IMG/VR virus record: IMGVR_UViG_3300044977_000094
Location: 1 to 64,000 of that record
Length of the DNA: 64,000 bases
Strand: one strand, 5' to 3'
From: a virus
This document shows, piece after piece, positions 8,139-16,762 of this stretch. The notes beneath the pieces were generated by a model. The model worked only from the letters and a program-made list of their open reading frames with translations, was not told where the DNA came from and ran no database searches. Position 1 is the first letter of the stretch, and each line of letters opens with the position of its first letter. The translations under genes and the position numbers were made by a program.

Positions 8139-8177
8139 TGCAGCGAAAGTTACACTCTGGATGTAACTTTCGCTGCA
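8139..8177. repeat. Perfect 16-bp inverted repeat with 7-bp spacer at the convergent junction (terminator or recombination site)
   Basis: TGCAGCGAAAGTTACA-CTCTGGA-TGTAACTTTCGCTGCA. Confidence 0.85.
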
Positions 8178-8180
8178 AGA

Positions 8181-8651
8181 TCACGAGATGGGCAGTAGCT
8201 CAGCGTCACCTTTCACCTCCCATCCCCATGCCTTGGCGAGCCCCAGCACCGTTCGGCATGGATGCTCGGCGGCCCACATCCCGGAGAACCCCAGTTGCGG
8301 CTCGGAGCACGTGCGGCACTCCGTCTCGTCGCGCTCGCGCGCCATATCGCCGGCAGCGTGCTCGGCCAGGATCTCCCGCTCCGCCGCAACCCGGCACAGG
8401 ACCGCGCGCGGGCTGTTCGACTGGATGAGCAGCGCCTCGGCCAGATGCGCCTCCGGCTCGTGCTCATCGACATCGATGTGGGTCACGGGGCCTCGCTCGC
8501 CCTCGATGACGTACTCGACGACGGAGCGATGGTCGGCCGCCCGTGGGCTGATCAGCCACCAGCCCTGCCCGTCGCTCGCGGTTGTGGCGCATCGCTCTGC
8601 CTCGGCGTGAGCTGCGAGCAGGAACGCCACCGCAGGATGCAGGTCACTCAT
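8181..8651 (-). CDS. DUF6221-like phage protein
   Basis: SPRAVLCRVAAEREILAEH..C..C..PCRTVLGLAKAW. Confidence 0.7.
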   Translation of the reverse strand: MSDLHPAVAFLLAAHAEAERCATTASDGQGWWLISPRAADHRSVVEYVIEGERGPVTHIDVDEHEPEAHLAEALLIQSNSPRAVLCRVAAEREILAEHAAGDMARERDETECRTCSEPQLGFSGMWAAEHPCRTVLGLAKAWGWEVKGDAELLPIS

Positions 8652-8820
8652 CGTCGTCCTCCTGGTTCTCGGGGTCGCAGCAGCCGTCCAGGCTCCGGCA
8701 GTCGCCGTAGGTGTCCGCGCACGGGCCGATGCACGACTCCTCACCACACGGGCCGTAGATCCTCCCGTTCAGGCACGCGAGGTCCGGGCCGTGGCCACAC
8801 GGGCAGGGCAGGTCAGGCAT
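8644..8820 (-). CDS. 58-aa Cys-rich mini-protein (absent from the ORF track)
   Basis: Hand translation MPDLPCPCGHGPDLACLNGRIYGPCGEESCIGPCADTYGDCRSLDGCCDPENQEDDDE; GGAGGAG RBS; overlaps both neighbours. Confidence 0.65.
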   Translation of the reverse strand: MPDLPCPCGHGPDLACLNGRIYGPCGEESCIGPCADTYGDCRSLDGCCDPENQEDDDE

Positions 8821-9346
8821 GCTGCTCCTCCAGGATTTCGCGGCCTTCGCAGCCGCAGGGCTCGAACCGCCAGTGCCGCTCGGTGCTCAACGTCGTCTCC
8901 TCGCCGTAGAAGCGGCCGACGACGCCCTCCAACTCAACGCGGTAGTCGAAGGTCCACCACGGCGGACCGGACCGTGCACCGCACAGCGGGCAGGCCATAT
9001 CTCGCCATGGCCACCGCGACAGGCGCAGCCGCAGCAGGTCCAGCGGGTGAATGATCGGCATCGCCATCGGCAGGTAGTCCCCGACCCGATCCGCCGTGTG
9101 GTCGCCGTCGTGGCAGCACCACAGCCCGCACTGCTCGTTGCCGACCACCCAGCAGCAGTAGTGCTGCTCGCCGTCGAACAGCCGCATGTGCTCGGCCTTC
9201 GCCGCCTGCGTCTTGGCCTGCCCCTCGGCCCGGACCGCTTCGGTGAACGCCCGCTCCTGCCGGATCATCCGGCGATGCTCGCGGACCAGCCATCCGCCGA
9301 GCAGGACGGCGTAGAGGATCAGGGCGATACCCACCACGGTGTTCAC
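8813..9346 (-). CDS. Membrane-anchored Cys-containing hypothetical protein
   Basis: N-terminal TM VVGIALILYAVLLGGWLV. Confidence 0.55.
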   Translation of the reverse strand: MNTVVGIALILYAVLLGGWLVREHRRMIRQERAFTEAVRAEGQAKTQAAKAEHMRLFDGEQHYCCWVVGNEQCGLWCCHDGDHTADRVGDYLPMAMPIIHPLDLLRLRLSRWPWRDMACPLCGARSGPPWWTFDYRVELEGVVGRFYGEETTLSTERHWRFEPCGCEGREILEEQHA

Positions 9347-9556
9347 TGTGGCTCCTGGTAGTGGTCGATGTCGGGCAGGTCGGTCACGTGGTCCCAGCGG
9401 CTGGGTGTCCACTCGGGCTCGCAGTCCGGGATGGGCTGGTCGGCGGCGCACCAGCGGCACAGCTCCGTCGGCACGCCTTGGGCATCCCGGGCCAGGTACT
9501 CGCGCGGCGTGGGGGTCTGGCACGGCCAGCACAGGACCATGCTCGATATCGGCTGC

Positions 9557-9856
9557 TCAGTCACGGGCACCCCGCAGGCTGGTCTCGTTCGCCGGGGTCC
9601 CGCACCCGTTCAGGATGCCCAGCCGACGGCAGCACGGCACGCACCTGCGCAGCCCGAGCCGGGAACCCATGCCGGGCATCACCCAGGCCCGGACCGTGCC
9701 ACACACGGCCTCCCGGGTAAGGGGTTCGGCGTAGTCGATCGCAGTACGCATGTCCTGCTGAGTGATGCTGTCCTCGCGGATGGCGTGGAGAACCCGCCAG
9801 CGGCCATGGACCAGCCACCAGGCGCCGTGGTTCTCGGGGATCGGGTGGCTGGTCAT
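9557..9856 (-). CDS. Hypothetical protein
   Basis: Coupled ORF with CxxC motif. Confidence 0.55.
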   Translation of the reverse strand: MTSHPIPENHGAWWLVHGRWRVLHAIREDSITQQDMRTAIDYAEPLTREAVCGTVRAWVMPGMGSRLGLRRCVPCCRRLGILNGCGTPANETSLRGARD

Positions 9857-10219
9857 GGGCACCCCGCGAGGTGCCACGCCCGGTGCTGCCACGCGGCGTC
9901 GAGACAGTCCTGCCACGCGTACACGTCCGCAGTAGCGGACTGCCACAACTCCCCATCGCACACGCGGCACGCGGCCACCCAGCACACCGCCGGGTCCAGG
10001 ACGGACCACGTGTCGGCGATGCGCTGGGCAATACGCAGAGGGGTCGTCACTAGACCGCGGCCTCGGGCTCGGGGGCCGGCTCGTGTGGCGCCAGGGCCTG
10101 GAAGCCGTCGACGAGCTCCGGGTGCTGTACCTCGTCGATGAGGTGGTCCTGCTCGGGGTCGCCGGTGGGGTGGAGGGACTCGACGGCGGGGGAGTGGGCT
10201 CGGGTGTACTGCTCGTCGG

Positions 10220-10612
10220 TCATGATCTCGTCTCCTCTGGGGTGGTGGCGACGACGACGCGCTCGGCGCCGAACATGTCGCACAGTTCCTCAATCGGGTT
10301 CCGCCGCTCCCAAGCGCCGGGCGCGAGCGGTTCAACGGGCAGTTCCTGGCCGAACTGGCGCTCGGCGTCCAGCAGCCATGCCATCAGGTCCGGGACGTCG
10401 ATGTCCTCGGGCGGCTCGACGCCGACGAGCTGCGGGTGCTGGGCGATGACCGACGGGCGGCAGGCGTCCATGGCGCGGGGGAGCTGGTGCGTGAACAGGT
10501 TGTCACCAGTCATGCCGTTGAGGATGTTGTAGATGCCGCCCATGCGCTCGCGGGACAGCAGGCGGCCGGTGGTGACGGACAGGATGTCGGCGAGCGGATA
10601 CGAGCGGGACAT
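10220..10612 (-). CDS. Conserved phage hypothetical protein
   Basis: LADILSVTTGRLL..MTGDNLFTHQLPRA resembles a recurring phage motif. Confidence 0.65.
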   Translation of the reverse strand: MSRSYPLADILSVTTGRLLSRERMGGIYNILNGMTGDNLFTHQLPRAMDACRPSVIAQHPQLVGVEPPEDIDVPDLMAWLLDAERQFGQELPVEPLAPGAWERRNPIEELCDMFGAERVVVATTPEETRS

Positions 10613-11265
10613 CAGGACTCCTCGGTGGGGGTGGGGGTGCCGGGGCACCAGGCGGGTGTCATGCCCGGCTGCGGTGCCCAGGGGTGCGGGCGGTGCGGGA
10701 ACATTGGCGAGCCGCCGAACTGGCGCAGGACGGTCGTGCTGCACGGCACCTGCTCGGCACGGTCATAGGCGGCGTCCTCAGGGCTGTTCCAGTCCGTGTC
10801 GTCCGCGCGGGGCGCGCCGGGTGTGGGGCTGTCCCCGTCGAGCAGCCGGATCACGTCCTGCGCGGTCTCCCGCGCGGCGACCCGGCACGAGTCGGCGGCC
10901 AGGGCGCAGCAGTCCTGGGCGCGGGCGATCCCAGCCTCGGCCTGCTCGGCGCGCTGGCGCCAGCGGGCTACCGTCTCCTCCGACTCCCGCAAGCGGTCAC
11001 GCTGCCGGTCGATCTCCAGGCTGCGGGACTCGGCGGACCGCCGGGCATGGTCCCGCTCGGCGGCGAGCCGGTCCACGCGGGCCAGGAGCGGCTGCACGAC
11101 TGCTGTGATGATCGCGTCGGTGGCGTCCTGGTAGTCGTGCGGCTCCAACGCGGCGAGACCGTCAGTGAAGCCGTCGGCTCGGTGGAGTGCGAGGCGGATA
11201 TGGTCCCGGCTCTCGGCTAGCCGCGCACCGTCGACCTGCGGGGCGCGCAGCATCTCGTCAGGCAC
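10612..11265 (-). CDS. Coiled-coil hypothetical protein
   Basis: Heptad-rich central region; AGGAGG RBS. Confidence 0.55.
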   Translation of the reverse strand: MPDEMLRAPQVDGARLAESRDHIRLALHRADGFTDGLAALEPHDYQDATDAIITAVVQPLLARVDRLAAERDHARRSAESRSLEIDRQRDRLRESEETVARWRQRAEQAEAGIARAQDCCALAADSCRVAARETAQDVIRLLDGDSPTPGAPRADDTDWNSPEDAAYDRAEQVPCSTTVLRQFGGSPMFPHRPHPWAPQPGMTPAWCPGTPTPTEES

Positions 11266-11794
11266 CGGTGGCCTCCTTCGAGTCGATGGGCACGTCGCTG
11301 CCGAGGAGGCCGAGCAGCGCCTCCGGGTCGAGCGTGCGGCCGTCGTTCTTGGCTTCGCTGGCGTGTGCGCGCAGGTCGTGTAGCAAGCGGCCGTACTGCT
11401 CGTTGTAGAACTTGACCTCGTCCCGTTCGTCGCAGAGCCGCCCGATCTGGTCAAGGTCATCGAACCGTGCCCTGCGCCACCACTCCAACTGCTGCTGGAA
11501 CGCGGCCAGCTGTACCGTGTCCCGCTGCTCGTTGATCCACGTCTCGGTGTAGGCGCGCATCCACTCCGCCGCATCCACGCCCAGGACGAACTCCAGGCGC
11601 AGAGCCACGTCCACCGACATGCGGGCACGGCCCTGGCAGAGAAGGTTGATGTGCTTGGTGGACAGGTTCGTGCGGCGGGCCAGGTCGGCCTGGGCGACGC
11701 CTTGCTCGGCGAGGACGGTGGCGAGCAGTGTCGGGCCCGCATCGTCGGCCTGCGGGTCGCGGGGGTGATCTTCGGACAAGCGGCGATCCGTCAC
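11258..11794 (-). CDS. HigA-like HTH protein
   Basis: QADLARRTNLSTKHINLLCQGRARMSVDVALRLEFVLGVDAAEWM. Confidence 0.75.
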   Translation of the reverse strand: MTDRRLSEDHPRDPQADDAGPTLLATVLAEQGVAQADLARRTNLSTKHINLLCQGRARMSVDVALRLEFVLGVDAAEWMRAYTETWINEQRDTVQLAAFQQQLEWWRRARFDDLDQIGRLCDERDEVKFYNEQYGRLLHDLRAHASEAKNDGRTLDPEALLGLLGSDVPIDSKEATGA

Positions 11795-12183
11795 AGCGTC
11801 GGCTCCTCAGCGGGGGCGGCAGTGGGCGAGAACGGCTCCCAAGTCGCGGCCATGGTTCGCGCACACCGGGCCAGGTACTCCCGGACGCTCGGCTCGTCCT
11901 CGTCGGTCACGGCGATACCAACCGAGCACAGCCACGCCTTGCGCTGGAGCACGAAGAACAGCAGCAGCTCGTCCGGTTCGTCACCGCGCATCGACGGATC
12001 AGGGTGGCGCTTCCAGGAGTTCCAGTCCCAGCGGAACAGCAGGTTCTGGTCGCGGTCGCCGCTGAAGAACAGCGTCTCGGTGGCGAACTCGGACCAGGAC
12101 CCGAAGCGGGTGTGCTGGTCAACCTTGAAGTAGTTGCCCTCCGCGCAGTAGTACGGGTGGCCGTACTCCCACAGGTGCTTCAT
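11791..12183 (-). CDS. Conserved phage hypothetical protein
   Basis: HLWEYGHPYYC..D.DQNLLFRWDW. Confidence 0.65.
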   Translation of the reverse strand: MKHLWEYGHPYYCAEGNYFKVDQHTRFGSWSEFATETLFFSGDRDQNLLFRWDWNSWKRHPDPSMRGDEPDELLLFFVLQRKAWLCSVGIAVTDEDEPSVREYLARCARTMAATWEPFSPTAAPAEEPTL

Positions 12184-12295
12184 GATCCGTTCCTCTTCCA
12201 TTCGGCGGCGAGCGCGAGCGCCTGCTCCACAGGCGACGTGAAGCGGTGCAGGTCGTAGCGCGTGGCCGTGGTCCCGGCCCACTCGCGGACGTCCA

Positions 12296-12562
12296 TCACG
12301 CCTCCCCGCTGGTAGTGGTGTTCGGGTCGGTGAGGTACGTCATCGTCTGGCGGCCGCCCTCGACTCGCCCGGCGAGCCGCAGCACCTCCAGGGCGTCGGT
12401 GGCGAGACGCTGAGCCTCACTGACGACAAGGCGCTGCGGGTTCGCGACGTCGGCGGCGTAGCGGGTGTACGCCTCTGCGAGCTGAGTGGTCTGGCGGTGG
12501 AGCTGGGCTTCGTCGTGGGCGAGGTCAGAGGCGGCCAAGCGGCGGCCGAGCTGGCTGGACAT
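12296..12562 (-). CDS. Hypothetical protein
   Basis: Helical ORF with RBS. Confidence 0.55.
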   Translation of the reverse strand: MSSQLGRRLAASDLAHDEAQLHRQTTQLAEAYTRYAADVANPQRLVVSEAQRLATDALEVLRLAGRVEGGRQTMTYLTDPNTTTSGEA

Positions 12563-13218
12563 CAGTTCCCCTTGCTGGTGGTGTCGTCGGCCTGGCGGGC
12601 GACGGCGGCGGCCCACTCGAAGTCGTTCATGAACTCGGCGGTGCCGACCTTCGGGCGCGGCAACAGTCCCTGCCGGTTGGCCTCGGCGGTCGTCTCGATC
12701 TCCGTGGCGACCTGCTCACGGATGTGCCGCTCGACCGCGTGCTCCAGCCGCGCGACCTTCTCTCGGACCTCATCAGCAGCCCACGCAGACAGGCCAGCCA
12801 GGGACTCGTGGACGTCACGGCGCGCCTCGGCCACGGTGATCGCGGCGGTGCGGGCCTGGGCCAGCTCGGCGCGCAGCCGCTCGACCGCGTCGATGTAGGG
12901 CGCGGTGACCCTCTCCGCGAGCTGGTCGGCCATGTTGCTGCCGGTCTCGCCGGGCATCAGTCCCGCGAACATGGCAGTGGTGATCCGGCGGGCGGTCGCG
13001 GCGAGCTGGGCGTCGGACAAGGGAACGGACACAGCTCCCCATTCCTCGGCCAGCCGGCGAGCCGCCGCCTCCGGGGACGCCAGGTCATGCCCGGGCACGT
13101 ACTTGGTGCAGGACTTCGAGTGCAGGCCCTGCGAGCGAGCACAGGTGCACGAGGCACGCCCGGCGGCAGCGATGCGTTCCTCGATGCTCGGGTGGGTGAC
13201 GGCGGGATCGGTGGTCAC
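12562..13218 (-). CDS. Hypothetical coiled-coil protein
   Basis: AGGAG RBS; in operon. Confidence 0.6.
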   Translation of the reverse strand: MTTDPAVTHPSIEERIAAAGRASCTCARSQGLHSKSCTKYVPGHDLASPEAAARRLAEEWGAVSVPLSDAQLAATARRITTAMFAGLMPGETGSNMADQLAERVTAPYIDAVERLRAELAQARTAAITVAEARRDVHESLAGLSAWAADEVREKVARLEHAVERHIREQVATEIETTAEANRQGLLPRPKVGTAEFMNDFEWAAAVARQADDTTSKGN

Positions 13219-13258
13219 GGTGCTGCTCCTGGGGACTGGTGGGGTGCGGAGAGACGGG

Positions 13259-13447
13259 TCAGTAGTCGAGGTCGCGAAGGGCTTCGCTGAGTGCCCGCTT
13301 GGCGTCGTCGACCTTCGCAGTGAGGAGCGCGTTCGTGTTGGCCAGGTCGTCGCGCTCGTCGGTCAGGGCGGCGACCTGGGCTTGGAGTTCGTCTCGCTGC
13401 TCTTCGAGGTCGGCGATCTGCTGCTCAAGGTCGGTGGTGCTGGTCAT
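13259..13447 (-). CDS. Small coiled-coil protein
   Basis: LEQQIADLEEQRDELQAQVAAL heptads. Confidence 0.6.
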   Translation of the reverse strand: MTSTTDLEQQIADLEEQRDELQAQVAALTDERDDLANTNALLTAKVDDAKRALSEALRDLDY

Positions 13448-13482
13448 GGGTGGTCTCCGGTGGATGTGGCGCGGGCAGACGG

Positions 13483-13707
13483 CTAGGCGGTGGGGGTGGG
13501 CAGGCCGAGTGCTTTCCGGCATCCGTCACATGCCTTGGGCTTCTGCCGGATGCCGTAGCTGTCGCCCTGGCGCCCGGTCTTGCCGCACGCGGCGTGCAGG
13601 GTCCCGCCCCAGTGGTGCTCGCCCGGGTCCGTGACCCAGTGCAGGGTTCGGCCGCCAGCGAAGCGGACAGCGGGAATCGGGTAGTCGGCGGGGTTCATGG
13701 CGATCAT
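13483..13707 (-). CDS. Small zinc-binding hypothetical protein
   Basis: LHAACG..ACDGC. Confidence 0.5.
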   Translation of the reverse strand: MIAMNPADYPIPAVRFAGGRTLHWVTDPGEHHWGGTLHAACGKTGRQGDSYGIRQKPKACDGCRKALGLPTPTA

Positions 13708-13775
13708 GGCGGGCTCCTGACGGTTGGCTGAGTGCCTCGCAGGCTGCCCGTGCGGGACGGGCAGCCGGGCGGCGA

Positions 13776-14057
13776 TCAGACACGGCGATTCAGAGCCGGG
13801 AACTTCCGTAGCGATAGGGAGCGGCACGGCTCGCGCAGGCAGGCGTCCACGAAGAGCGGCTGATCGGAGTGGGCCTGCTGGTGCAGCGCGTCGAGGGCGT
13901 TGTACAGGTCGGTGAAGTCTTCGTCGGCGACAGCGAGCGGGTCGGTGCGGCGCAGGCCCAGCTCGGCCAGTTCCTCGTCGTCGACCTCGGTGAGGTAGTC
14001 GGCGATGTCGACCTCCACCTCGGTGGTGATGTAGCGGCTCGGGCGGTGTTTCGGCAT
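13776..14057 (-). CDS. Hypothetical protein
   Basis: AGGAG RBS; acidic N-terminus. Confidence 0.6.
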   Translation of the reverse strand: MPKHRPSRYITTEVEVDIADYLTEVDDEELAELGLRRTDPLAVADEDFTDLYNALDALHQQAHSDQPLFVDACLREPCRSLSLRKFPALNRRV

Positions 14058-14105
14058 GGTGGTGGTCTCCTGGGTCGGGGTGGTGCGCGGGCGGACGGAC
14101 GGCGG

Positions 14106-14300
14106 TCAGGAGGGGTCGATCCCGTTCTGGCGCATGAAGTAGTGAGCGACCTCCGTGAAATCCGGATCGCTCACGAGGCACGAGAACTGGTAGCCCTTCC
14201 CGTCAACGCATATGTGGGAGCGGTAGTGCAGCCGCACGAAGGCTGTGGAGAGGCCAAGGCGAGCTGCGCACTGCTCGGGCGTTTCGGGCGTGGTGGCCAT
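14106..14300 (-). CDS. Hypothetical protein
   Basis: AGGAG RBS. Confidence 0.5.
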   Translation of the reverse strand: MATTPETPEQCAARLGLSTAFVRLHYRSHICVDGKGYQFSCLVSDPDFTEVAHYFMRQNGIDPS

Positions 14301-14498
14301 GGCGGGCTCCTAGGCGGCGGGCTGGTTGGGTGGCTGGTCGGTGGCGAGATCGACTTGGCGGCCGTCGATCCAGTGACGCCACCAGCCCGGCCGCCCCGGG
14401 ATCGCGACCGGCGTCCACCCGGGGGTGGCCTGGATCTGGTCGCGGAGTGGGTCGTCGGCGGGGCGGCCGACGATGTCGCCGTAGGTGGGGTAGTCGGT

Positions 14499-14846
14499 CT
14501 ATTCGACCTCCAGCACGCGGGCGGCCAGCTGGTGGTAGCAGGACCGCCCCTTGATGCCCGCCTCGCAGCTACAGGCGTGGGTGGTGGTGCGGTGCACCCG
14601 GCTGCCGTCGGTGGAGACGGTCAGCCAGATCCGGCCGCGCAGGAGGTGGATGCCGTTGTCCTCGATCAGTTCGGCGGCGGACGCGAGCTGCGCGGCGGTG
14701 AAGCCAGTGAGGGTTGCTCCGGCGCGGCGGATCAGGGTGGCGGCAGAGGTGGCGAGGGCGGCGGTGAGGAGCTGGCGCCCGGTGTGGGCGGCGCGGTGGA
14801 GGGCCTGGCGGAGACGGGCGACGGACTTGCGGGCGACAGCATTCAC
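14499..14846 (-). CDS. SWIM zinc-finger protein
   Basis: CSCEAG....CYHQLAA (CxC..CxH). Confidence 0.7.
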   Translation of the reverse strand: MNAVARKSVARLRQALHRAAHTGRQLLTAALATSAATLIRRAGATLTGFTAAQLASAAELIEDNGIHLLRGRIWLTVSTDGSRVHRTTTHACSCEAGIKGRSCYHQLAARVLEVE

Positions 14847-14867
14847 GGTGGACCCCCGGGGAATTGA

Positions 14868-14965
14868 GCGATCATTTTCATCGCTGCTTTGTGTCTCTAG
14901 TATGGATCCTGCCATCCCATGATCGCAAGTGTGTATCGATGATTCGTTGCGATGAAATCCATCGC
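14868..14965. promoter_or_regulatory. Divergent control region with two GCGAT-N7-ATCGC operators
   Basis: Palindromes at 14868-14884 and 14949-14965; minus-strand TTGCGA-N18-CATACT at 14928-14899. Confidence 0.65.
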
Positions 14966-14990
14966 TTGACTTCAGCGATACTCTGAACCC

Positions 14991-15470
14991 ATGACCGACA
15001 AAGACGACCCGCACATCGCCGCCGTCAAAGCGGCCACCAAGCAGTTCGACAAGGCCCGCCACGCCGTCGAACAAGCGATCTTCGCCGCCTACCGCGCCCC
15101 CGGCGTCAAACGCACCGAGATCGCCGAAGCCTCCCCCTGGACCGCCGCCCACGTGCGGAAACTCGTCCGCGAAGAAGGCATCGGCCCCGACCCCGCCTAC
15201 CGCGACCGCGCCGAAGCCATCCGCAAGCGAGCAGGGGGCGCCCCGCCAGAAACAGCGGCAGTCACTCAAGCCCAGCCGGCGTGGCTGACCGAGTGGCCCG
15301 AGATCGCCGCACTGACCCGGAGCCAAGCCCGCGACCGCGTCGCCCAACTCGAAGCCCAGCGACCGGACTGGTTCGCCAAGAACCGCAGAGACTGCCTCGC
15401 CGAACCGCCCTGGGTGGACTACGCCATGCTCGCCGCCGACGCCAACGACCCAGCCCCGCCGGTCGAATAG
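14991..15470 (+). CDS. Putative DNA-binding regulator, counter-oriented within the early operon
   Basis: VKRTEIAEASPWTAAHVRKLVRE HTH-like; lone plus-strand gene. Confidence 0.6.
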   Translation: MTDKDDPHIAAVKAATKQFDKARHAVEQAIFAAYRAPGVKRTEIAEASPWTAAHVRKLVREEGIGPDPAYRDRAEAIRKRAGGAPPETAAVTQAQPAWLTEWPEIAALTRSQARDRVAQLEAQRPDWFAKNRRDCLAEPPWVDYAMLAADANDPAPPVE

Positions 15471-15562
15471 CCCCACCCGCCCCGCAGCCGTCCGGCCCCC
15501 GCGCCCGACGGCCCATCGTGCTGCCCGAACACGCGCGTGACCAGCCTGAACGTGTATGGCGA

Positions 15563-15889
15563 TCACCGTGACCCCTCCCGCCCGCAGGTCATGCACTTGA
15601 GCCCGCGCTGTGGCCGGTCGCGGCACACGGCGCACTGCTCGGTACTGGCCAGGAGTTCGGCGGCCGGCGTGCGCAGTACCGTCGCCAAGGCGAGGAGCAG
15701 GCTCACCGTGATGTCGTGGCGTCGGCCGGTCTCCAGTTCGGCGATGGTTTCGCGTTTGGTGGGGCGCCCGGCGAGCTGGAGGGCGCGGGCGAGCTGCTCC
15801 TGGGACCATCCGTTGGCACGCCGGGCTTCGCGGACGCGTTCGGCGATGCGGGCGGTGGCGGGGGCGGATCGTTTGCGAGGCTCGGTCAC
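15563..15889 (-). CDS. XRE HTH protein with C-terminal zinc ribbon
   Basis: GWSQEQLARAL..IAELETG; CAVC..CMTCG. Confidence 0.75.
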   Translation of the reverse strand: MTEPRKRSAPATARIAERVREARRANGWSQEQLARALQLAGRPTKRETIAELETGRRHDITVSLLLALATVLRTPAAELLASTEQCAVCRDRPQRGLKCMTCGREGSR

Positions 15890-16224
15890 GGCTGCGCCTC
15901 CGCTCCGCACGCCAGGCATGCGGTCATTGGCTTGGGTGCGCCATGGCAGTGCGGGCACGCTTCGGCGGCCATCAGTGTCTGCACCGTCACGGTCAGGGCG
16001 GCGGCGAGTGCCTGGAGGTCGTCCGCGTCCACGCGTCGGGTTTGCTTTGAGGTGTCGACGTCGCGCCCGTTCTCGATCTTGTTGATGGCGTCAGCGCTGA
16101 GCGCTCCACCGCAGTGTTCAACGGCTTGAGCGAGGGCACGGAGACTCAGCCCGCGTGCTACCCGGAGCTGGCGGATGTTCCTGGCTACGGTGCGGCCGAC
16201 CGGGCCGATGCTGGCGCTGCTCAT
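15886..16224 (-). CDS. XRE HTH protein with C-terminal zinc ribbon
   Basis: RGLSLRALA..INKIENG; CPHC..CLACG. Confidence 0.75.
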   Translation of the reverse strand: MSSASIGPVGRTVARNIRQLRVARGLSLRALAQAVEHCGGALSADAINKIENGRDVDTSKQTRRVDADDLQALAAALTVTVQTLMAAEACPHCHGAPKPMTACLACGAEAQP

Positions 16225-16499
16225 GACTGGACCGCCTGTGCGGCCCTGTGCGGCCCGATCTCAGTCCCGGACGACCCGATGGGCACCGAAGGGGTGTTCG
16301 GGCCCGCAGGCGCCCGCACAGCGCTCTCCTTGGGTGCGGCATCCGCTGACGCCGCCTCGGAGCTCTTAGCGATCCGCGCCGCAGCCCGGGCGAAGAGCTT
16401 GACGTGGGTGTGGTTCAAGGGGATGTCGAGTTCGTCCGCGATTGCGCAGAACCGCTCGTAGTACGGCTTCTCAACGGCGGACAGGATGATCTTTGCCAT
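16221..16499 (-). CDS. Hypothetical protein
   Basis: GGAG RBS. Confidence 0.5.
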   Translation of the reverse strand: MAKIILSAVEKPYYERFCAIADELDIPLNHTHVKLFARAAARIAKSSEAASADAAPKESAVRAPAGPNTPSVPIGSSGTEIGPHRAAQAVQS

Positions 16500-16576
16500 G
16501 GAGGGCTCCAGGCTGGTGCGGTGGGGTGGGCTGGTGCGGCCGACCTCGTAGGGCGGCGAACTTACTAGTCGGTCAG

Positions 16577-16762
16577 TTAGGCGGCGGCTGACGTCCCCTG
16601 CGGTCCCGGCGGCGGGTACGCGCTGTTCAGCCGGCTGGTCGTCCACACGTGGCGGCAGCGCGGGCAGCGGTAGCCGGTGACGGTCTCGCCGTCGACCACG
16701 TAGCCGAAGGCAGGCTTCACGCCGCGGCGGCAGCAGTCGGGGCACGAGTCGGTGCCTGTCAC
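16577..16762 (-). CDS. Small zinc-ribbon protein
   Basis: CPDC..YRCPRCRHVW. Confidence 0.6.
   Translation of the reverse strand: MTGTDSCPDCCRRGVKPAFGYVVDGETVTGYRCPRCRHVWTTSRLNSAYPPPGPQGTSAAA

Noticed and set aside
8139-8177. Protelomerase (tel) site of a linear plasmid prophage
   Set aside because: It has an asymmetric 7-bp spacer rather than a continuous palindrome, and no protelomerase gene is visible in the window
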